The translations under genes were made by a program, and so were the position numbers. From positions 1 through 60,124 of the IMG/VR virus record IMGVR_UViG_3300033388_004729: 60,124 nucleotides of DNA; one strand, 5' to 3'. Source of the stretch: a virus. Lineage: Duplodnaviria; Caudoviricetes. The notes under the pieces were generated by a model. That model was not told where the DNA came from. It made no database searches and saw nothing but the letters and a program-made list of their open reading frames with translations. Position 1 is the first letter of the stretch, and every line of letters starts with the position of its first letter. Shown here piece by piece: positions 58,866-60,124 of the stretch.

Positions 58866-59336
58866 CTTAAAGATTATATCACCACGATATCCTTTTTGAA
58901 ATACTAATACACATGTTTGCACCCGTGATCCAGGAAAAGCACTTCGTGGTAAATGTATTATTTTTTTCAGCCCCTTTGATATATATTTTTTTGTTCGCTT
59001 TTCTGAGTTAATCAAAGCCAGCCAAGGCAATAGTATAATAATATCGTCTGCAATGTTAAAGAATTCGTCTAACATCTTATATCCTTGTGTCATTGGAGTA
59101 AAGGGGGGATTTGCGACAATATAGTGATATCTTCCATGATAATATTTAATAAAATTATAAAAATCATCTGGTGCATCTATTATTGAATCTGGAAACTTAA
59201 GTTTAAGTGCCTTTACTAAATTACCAGCCCCTGGGGTTGGCTCTAATATAAACACCGGCTCATGCTCTATAAGGTCCATCATTAACTTACACACCCATTC
59301 AGGGGTTTGAAAATCTATATTATTTATATGCATCAT
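58857..59336 (-). CDS. cassette ORF, amino (N6-A/N4-C) DNA methyltransferase
   Basis: FQTP, ILEPTPGAGNL SAM motif, IVANPPF; starts in R6 (ATGATGCAT), ends KDA-TAG in R5. Confidence 0.85.
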   Translation of the reverse strand: MMHINNIDFQTPEWVCKLMMDLIEHEPVFILEPTPGAGNLVKALKLKFPDSIIDAPDDFYNFIKYYHGRYHYIVANPPFTPMTQGYKMLDEFFNIADDIIILLPWLALINSEKRTKKYISKGLKKIIHLPRSAFPGSRVQTCVLVFQKGYRGDIIFKDA

Positions 59337-59436
59337 CTCCGTTCATGCACCCCGATTTTATCGGGGTGTTTTTGCTCACGCTGGCCAGCTCTGCCGTGTC
59401 AGTGTTGTGCAAGTGACTTTATACGGCTCTATGATA
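59328..59436 (-). repeat. cassette-junction repeat R6
   Basis: AAAGTCAC-TTGC[hairpin]GCAA-AAA-CACCCCGAT-AAA-ATCGGGGTG-CATGAACGGAGATGATGCAT. Confidence 0.88.
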
Positions 59437-59694
59437 CCGACCCCTCATTAATGAACACGTTCAATTTTTATTTTTAAATTAACACCATTCCAACATGATA
59501 TTTCTTCTTCAATTTCTTTAATAATACCATCCGGTGTAGCTTTTACCTCATGAATAGTATATCTTCTACCTTTGCTTATAAGTACCACGTTTTAATCCTC
59601 CTTCACTTAATAGTGTCTCCAAGGTTAGCAAATCCTTTCTCCCACACCTGTTACACATTCCTGGTTTGTTTATCATTTATATCACTTCCATTTC

Positions 59695-59765
59695 ATGCAT
59701 CATTTCGCATGCCTCCGCTTTGTAAGCGGGGCCGCGGTTGACTTCCGTACCAACACCTATGCATC
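59695..59765 (-). repeat. cassette-junction repeat R7
   Basis: GATGCATAGGTGTTGGTACGGAAGTCAA...CCGCTT-ACA-AAGCGG..GCATGCGAAATGATGCAT; the upstream frame ends INDA-TAG. Confidence 0.8.
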
Positions 59766-60124
59766 GTTAATGATAAAAGTACATGATTCATGCCATTCTC
59801 CCGCATAATCTACATCATCATCAACTTCAACTACCAATGGACATCTAAATATTATTTGTCGATTATCAATTGATTCTACAAAATCGGAATATTTTTCACC
59901 ATTTATCTCACCTCTGTTTTATACTCCCTTTTTGCTTGGTTCGTATCGTTGATGTACACATATGTATCAATGAAGTTCCCCGCCGTCCTGCGCAGTATGA
60001 TTTGTGTGGGCGCTGGCCTCCTTGGCTCGATTGTTATGTGCATATCAGTCATGGTTCTATCCGATCATAACAGTGTATCCTGTCACCACATGTGTTGCAG
60101 TTATATTTGCTTCTGTCCTGGCAA

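Larger units (their letters stand above)
1..60124. mobile_element. Archaeal tailed virus/provirus genome segment (Caudoviricetes, siphovirus-like)
   Basis: Terminase, capsid-sized gene, tape measure, tail tube, MuF and MCM helicase all present; many short unknown ORFs; no host housekeeping genes; no integrase or att site seen in the window. Confidence 0.93.

Noticed and set aside
57491-59765. CRISPR array or mini-array interpretation of the repeats
   Set aside because: The repeats vary in length and sequence and are separated by 110-460 bp ORF-containing segments, not uniform 30-45 bp spacers

Overview
This window is a large part of a tailed dsDNA virus or provirus (Caudoviricetes, siphovirus-like) of an archaeon, probably a methanogen/ANME-type euryarchaeon. 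The host call is an inference from an archaeal-type MCM helicase, TATA-box promoters and GGTGA/GAGG ribosome-binding sites. Most genes are on the minus strand. Read in that direction, the window holds an array of small ORFs separated by seven related structured repeats (57.5-59.8 kb), MCM with an AT-rich intergenic region, and small and large terminase. Next come a class II CCA-adding/HD enzyme, neck and tail-completion genes, an opposite-strand block with the SPP1 gp7/MuF gene, the tail tube, a frameshifted chaperone and the tape measure. These are followed by a radical SAM/SPASM enzyme, a LamG-tail hub, adaptor, portal, protease/scaffold, capsid genes and two paralogous receptor-binding modules. 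The rest is a plus-strand accessory block, a VirB4-type DNA-transfer-like operon and a methylase/HNH region. Three observations stand out. (1) An integron-like cassette array in which several ORFs end at GAT GCA TAG inside a covarying hairpin repeat. (2) A radical SAM/SPASM gene coupled to a tape measure protein whose C-terminus carries an aromatic-X-X repeat like triceptide (cyclophane) precursors. (3) A conjugation-like module inside a head-tail virus. All product calls come from motif reading and gene context; no database search was run.
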